Origin: Tractidigestivibacter sp.
GTDB taxonomy: Bacteria > Actinomycetota > Coriobacteriia > Coriobacteriales > Atopobiaceae
NCBI RefSeq assembly: GCF_050946515.1
Contig: NZ_JBMNUX010000004.1
Location: forward strand, 160,105-184,104
Reading direction: 5' to 3'
Length of the DNA: 24,000 nucleotides
Position numbers and translations under genes: made by a program. Shown piece after piece: positions 21,687-24,000 of the stretch. The notes under the pieces were generated by a model. That model was not told the origin of the DNA. It did not search any database and was given only the letters and a program-made list of their open reading frames with translations. Numbering within the stretch: the first letter of the stretch is position 1; every line of letters begins with the position of its first letter.

Positions 21687-23240
21687 CTAGCGGCGCGTGC
21701 CGAAGATCCCGCGCACTATTTGGCGCGTGGCCTCGCGACCAAAGGTCCCCAGAATCGAGCCTGCAGCACGCTCGAGCTGCTTGCGCTGACGCTCCTGCTG
21801 CTTCTCGGCTTCGCGCTGGCGGCGCTCCTCTTCTTTTTCCTCCTCGCGCTGGCGGCGAGCCTCCTCTTTCTGCTTGGACTTCTCGAGAGCGGCGCGCTCC
21901 TTCTCGAGCTGCTTGCGCTCCTCGGCCAGGCGAGCCTGCTCCGCTTCGACCGCGCTTTGGGCGCTCAGCTGCTCAAACGCCGACTCGCGGTCGACGGCTG
22001 CGCCGTACTTTTCCATGAGAGGCGCTTGGCTCGAGAGCACCTCCTTCATCACGGAGGCGTCCGCGGCGCCCATGCGGCACTGCGGGGGAAGCACCTTGGC
22101 CCGCTCGACCACGCTGGGACGGCCCTCCTCGTCGAGAAACGAGATAAGCGCCTCGCCCGTCCCAAGCTCGCCGAGCGCCTGCTCGGAGTCAAACGCGGGA
22201 TTGGGCCTGAACGAGGCTGCCGCCGCGCGGACCGCCTTCTGCTCGGAGGGCGTATAGGCGCGAAGACCATGCTGGACGCGGTTGGAGAGCTGCGCCAGCA
22301 CCTCGTCAGGGACGTCAGAGGGAGACTGCGTGATGAAGTAGACGCCCACGCCCTTGGAGCGGACGAGCTTCACCACCTGAACGATCTTGTCGGTGAGCGC
22401 CTCGGGCATGTCGTCAAACAGCAGGTGCGCCTCGTCAAAGAAGAAGACGAACTTGGGCTTGTCGAGGTCCCCCACCTCGGGCAGGCGCTCGTAGATCGTC
22501 GTCAGCATCCACAGCAGAAACATCGCGTAGACCTGCGGGCTCTGCACGAGCTTGGTGGCGTTCAGGATGTTCACGTAGCCACGCCCGTCAGGAGCGCACT
22601 GGAACCAGTCGGAAAGGTCAAGCGCGGGCTCGCCAAAGAAGACGTCCCCGCCCTGGTCTTCCACCGAGATCAGCCGGCGGAGGATGGCGCCGACGGACTG
22701 CGACGAGACGTTGCCGTACGTCGCGCGGTACTCCTTTGCGTGCTCTGAGACGTAGCTCAGCATCGAGCGGAGGTCTTTGAGGTCAATGAGCAGCAGGTCC
22801 TTGTCGTCTGCCACCCTAAAGGCTATGTCGAGCACGCCGCTTTGCACCTCGGTGAGGCCGAGGAGCCTTGAGAGCAGCACGGGGCCCATGTCGGATACCG
22901 TCACGCGCACGGGGATGCCGCCGTCGCCCAGCATGTCCCACTCGCGCACGGGAGAGGCAGAAAACTTGAACGCGGCGGGGTCGAGACCCAAGCTCTCCAT
23001 GCGCCGCGAGAGGCCCTCGCTTGGCTCGCCTGCCTGGGCTAGACCTGTGACGTCTCCTTTCACGTCGGCCATGAACACCGGCACGCCTGCCTCCGAGAAG
23101 CCCTCCGCCATGACCTTGAACGTGACGGTCTTGCCCGTGCCTGACGCTCCGGCGATAAGGCCGTGGCGGTTTGCCTGGTTAAGGAGCAGGCGGCAGGGCT
23201 TGTCGCCCTGGGCGACGAGAATTGCGTCGTTGTCGAGCAT
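21687..23240 (-). CDS. DUF853 / HerA-like helicase-domain ATPase (YjgR family)
   Basis: ORF 21687..23591 trimmed to the ATG at 23240 (MLDNDAILVAQG), which has GAGGAGGA 7 nt upstream. It has Walker A GASGTGKT, Walker B FVFFFDEAHLLF, ITQSPSDVP and a charged coiled-coil-like C-terminus (EKERAALEKSKQKEEARRQREEEKEEERRQRE). Confidence 0.85.
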   Translation of the reverse strand: MLDNDAILVAQGDKPCRLLLNQANRHGLIAGASGTGKTVTFKVMAEGFSEAGVPVFMADVKGDVTGLAQAGEPSEGLSRRMESLGLDPAAFKFSASPVREWDMLGDGGIPVRVTVSDMGPVLLSRLLGLTEVQSGVLDIAFRVADDKDLLLIDLKDLRSMLSYVSEHAKEYRATYGNVSSQSVGAILRRLISVEDQGGDVFFGEPALDLSDWFQCAPDGRGYVNILNATKLVQSPQVYAMFLLWMLTTIYERLPEVGDLDKPKFVFFFDEAHLLFDDMPEALTDKIVQVVKLVRSKGVGVYFITQSPSDVPDEVLAQLSNRVQHGLRAYTPSEQKAVRAAAASFRPNPAFDSEQALGELGTGEALISFLDEEGRPSVVERAKVLPPQCRMGAADASVMKEVLSSQAPLMEKYGAAVDRESAFEQLSAQSAVEAEQARLAEERKQLEKERAALEKSKQKEEARRQREEEKEEERRQREAEKQQERQRKQLERAAGSILGTFGREATRQIVRGIFGTRR

Positions 23241-23290
23241 GGTGGGGTCCTCCTCGCAGTTGGCTGAAGACATTCTAGCCCCAGCCCCGC

Positions 23291-23331
23291 AAAGAAAAGC
23301 GCGCCGCGGCTGCTCAGAGCCGTCGGCGCGC
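23291..23331 (-). terminator. Rho-independent terminator after the small Gly/Trp-rich gene
   Basis: On the minus strand: GCGCGCCG (23331-23324), a 17-nt loop, CGGCGCGC (23306-23299), then TTTTCTTTG. It starts 13 nt after the TAG at 23344-23346. Confidence 0.55.
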
Positions 23332-23343
23332 CTGAAAAGGCTG

Positions 23344-23622
23344 CTAGCGAGGGCCACCAGGGCCGCCGCCTGCGCGACCTCCGCCATCGCGACCACCGTC
23401 ACGGCCGCCAGGACCTCTGTCGCCAGGGCCGCCGGGGCCGCGCATGTCATCGCGAGGACCGCGACGCCAGCCTCCGCCCCACATGCCGGGGCCGCCCCAG
23501 CCGCCGCCCCACATGCCGGGACCGCCCCAGCCCCAGCCGGAGCCCCAGCCGCCCCACATGAACCTGCGGATGGCACCGATGAGCAACGCAACCAGAAGGA
23601 CTATCACGATGATGCCGAGCAT
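23344..23622 (-). CDS. Small (92 aa) membrane-anchored Gly/Trp-repeat, Arg/Gly-tailed protein of unknown function
   Basis: The ATG at 23622 has GAGAGAGG 7 nt upstream. The N-terminus is a TM helix (MLGIIVIVLLVALLIGAI), followed by WGGWGSGWGWGGPGMWGGGWGGPGMWGGGW and then an RG/GP-rich tail. The gene has its own terminator. Extreme compositional bias leaves several frames open, so the call rests on the RBS, the TM helix and the terminator. Confidence 0.55.
   Translation of the reverse strand: MLGIIVIVLLVALLIGAIRRFMWGGWGSGWGWGGPGMWGGGWGGPGMWGGGWRRGPRDDMRGPGGPGDRGPGGRDGGRDGGGRAGGGPGGPR
23471..23530. repeat. Two tandem 30-nt repeats (28/30 identical) inside the Gly/Trp-rich gene
   Basis: 23471-23500 reads CCTCCGCCCCACATGCCGGGGCCGCCCCAG and 23501-23530 reads CCGCCGCCCCACATGCCGGGACCGCCCCAG. 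A partial third copy (CCGCCCCACATG) lies at 23549-23560. The repeats encode GPGMWGGGW units on the minus strand. Confidence 0.8.
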
Positions 23623-23739
23623 GGCGAATCCTCTCTCTAGAATGCTGGACGGGCGTCTGTCCGCCCGGCTTGAGAGGACTGTACCCCGCACATCCTAAAG
23701 ATTGACTAATGCCCGGTTCGCTCGAACAAGGTTGCCTCC

Positions 23740-24000
23740 CTATTGCTCGTCGGGGTGCACCCGGTCGCAGTAGCGCCCCTCGTCCCCGCCGTTCCAGGCG
23801 TTGATGGCGTCCCATGGGCGCTCGAAGAAGCACGACTCGATGTTTGCGTGGCAGCTCACGCACCTCACGCCGTAGTACGTCGCGCCGACGCCGTTGACCT
23901 TCCTCTCGACGAGGCATATGTCGGTGCCCCCGCAGAACGGGCACTCCCTCGCAACGTCGCCAAGGCTCGTAATCGTTCGCTTGTCCCTGTACTGCTCCAT
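23740..24000 (-). CDS. Lar-family (restriction alleviation-like) zinc-ribbon protein
   Basis: The ATG sits at 23998-24000, exactly at the window edge, so an upstream extension cannot be excluded. CPFCGG..(21 aa)..CVSC and a later DAINAWNGG fit the Lar family pattern (CPFCGG ... C..C ... A..AWN.R) as recalled from memory. The protein is 86 aa. Confidence 0.5.
   Translation of the reverse strand: MEQYRDKRTITSLGDVARECPFCGGTDICLVERKVNGVGATYYGVRCVSCHANIESCFFERPWDAINAWNGGDEGRYCDRVHPDEQ

Noticed and set aside
1-24000. A scan for CRISPR repeats, IS or transposase ends, integrases, rRNA, toxin-antitoxin pairs and known defence genes.
   Set aside because: No regularly spaced direct repeats were seen, and no ORFs carry transposase, integrase or recombinase motifs. 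The only tandem repeat is the 30-nt coding repeat at 23471-23530. The Lar-like gene alone is insufficient to call a prophage.

Overview
This is a high-GC bacterial chromosome segment. Hand counts on single 60-nt lines give about 67-77% GC in most genes. The comFC-hpf and metG-rsmA-tatD synteny suggests Actinomycetota, possibly Coriobacteriia-like, but that is an inference.

**Left 10 kb**
- A DUF362 protein.
- A three-gene polar amino-acid ABC importer.
- yaaA.
- A lower-GC cassette (about 50-55% in spot counts): an RpiR regulator divergent from a mannose-family PTS (EIIA, EIIB, fused EIIC-EIID) plus a BtpA/SgcQ protein. The cassette ends at the 3' end of tRNA-Thr(CGU).

**From 9.9 kb to the window end, every gene is on the minus strand**
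- A Lar-like zinc-ribbon protein.
- A small Gly/Trp-repeat membrane protein.
- A DUF853/HerA-like ATPase.
- metG, rsmA, tatD and comFC.
- A 516-nt structured non-coding gap, probably a raiA-motif ncRNA.
- hpf, degV, a beta-hydroxyacid dehydrogenase with a His/Cys-rich tail, an NYN+LOTUS protein and a HEAT-repeat protein.
- A membrane-anchored SurA-N-like protein.
- A DUF523(TudS)-PNP fusion.
- tRNA-Thr.

No CRISPR array, IS element, integrase or rRNA was seen.

**Most worth a second look**
- The hpf-led five-gene operon ending in an NYN/LOTUS + HEAT pair.
- The raiA-like RNA gap.
- The TudS-PNP fusion.
- The fused IIC-IID PTS with a perfect 19-bp palindromic operator.
- The Gly/Trp-repeat micro-protein.

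All family assignments come from motif recognition by eye. No database search was run.
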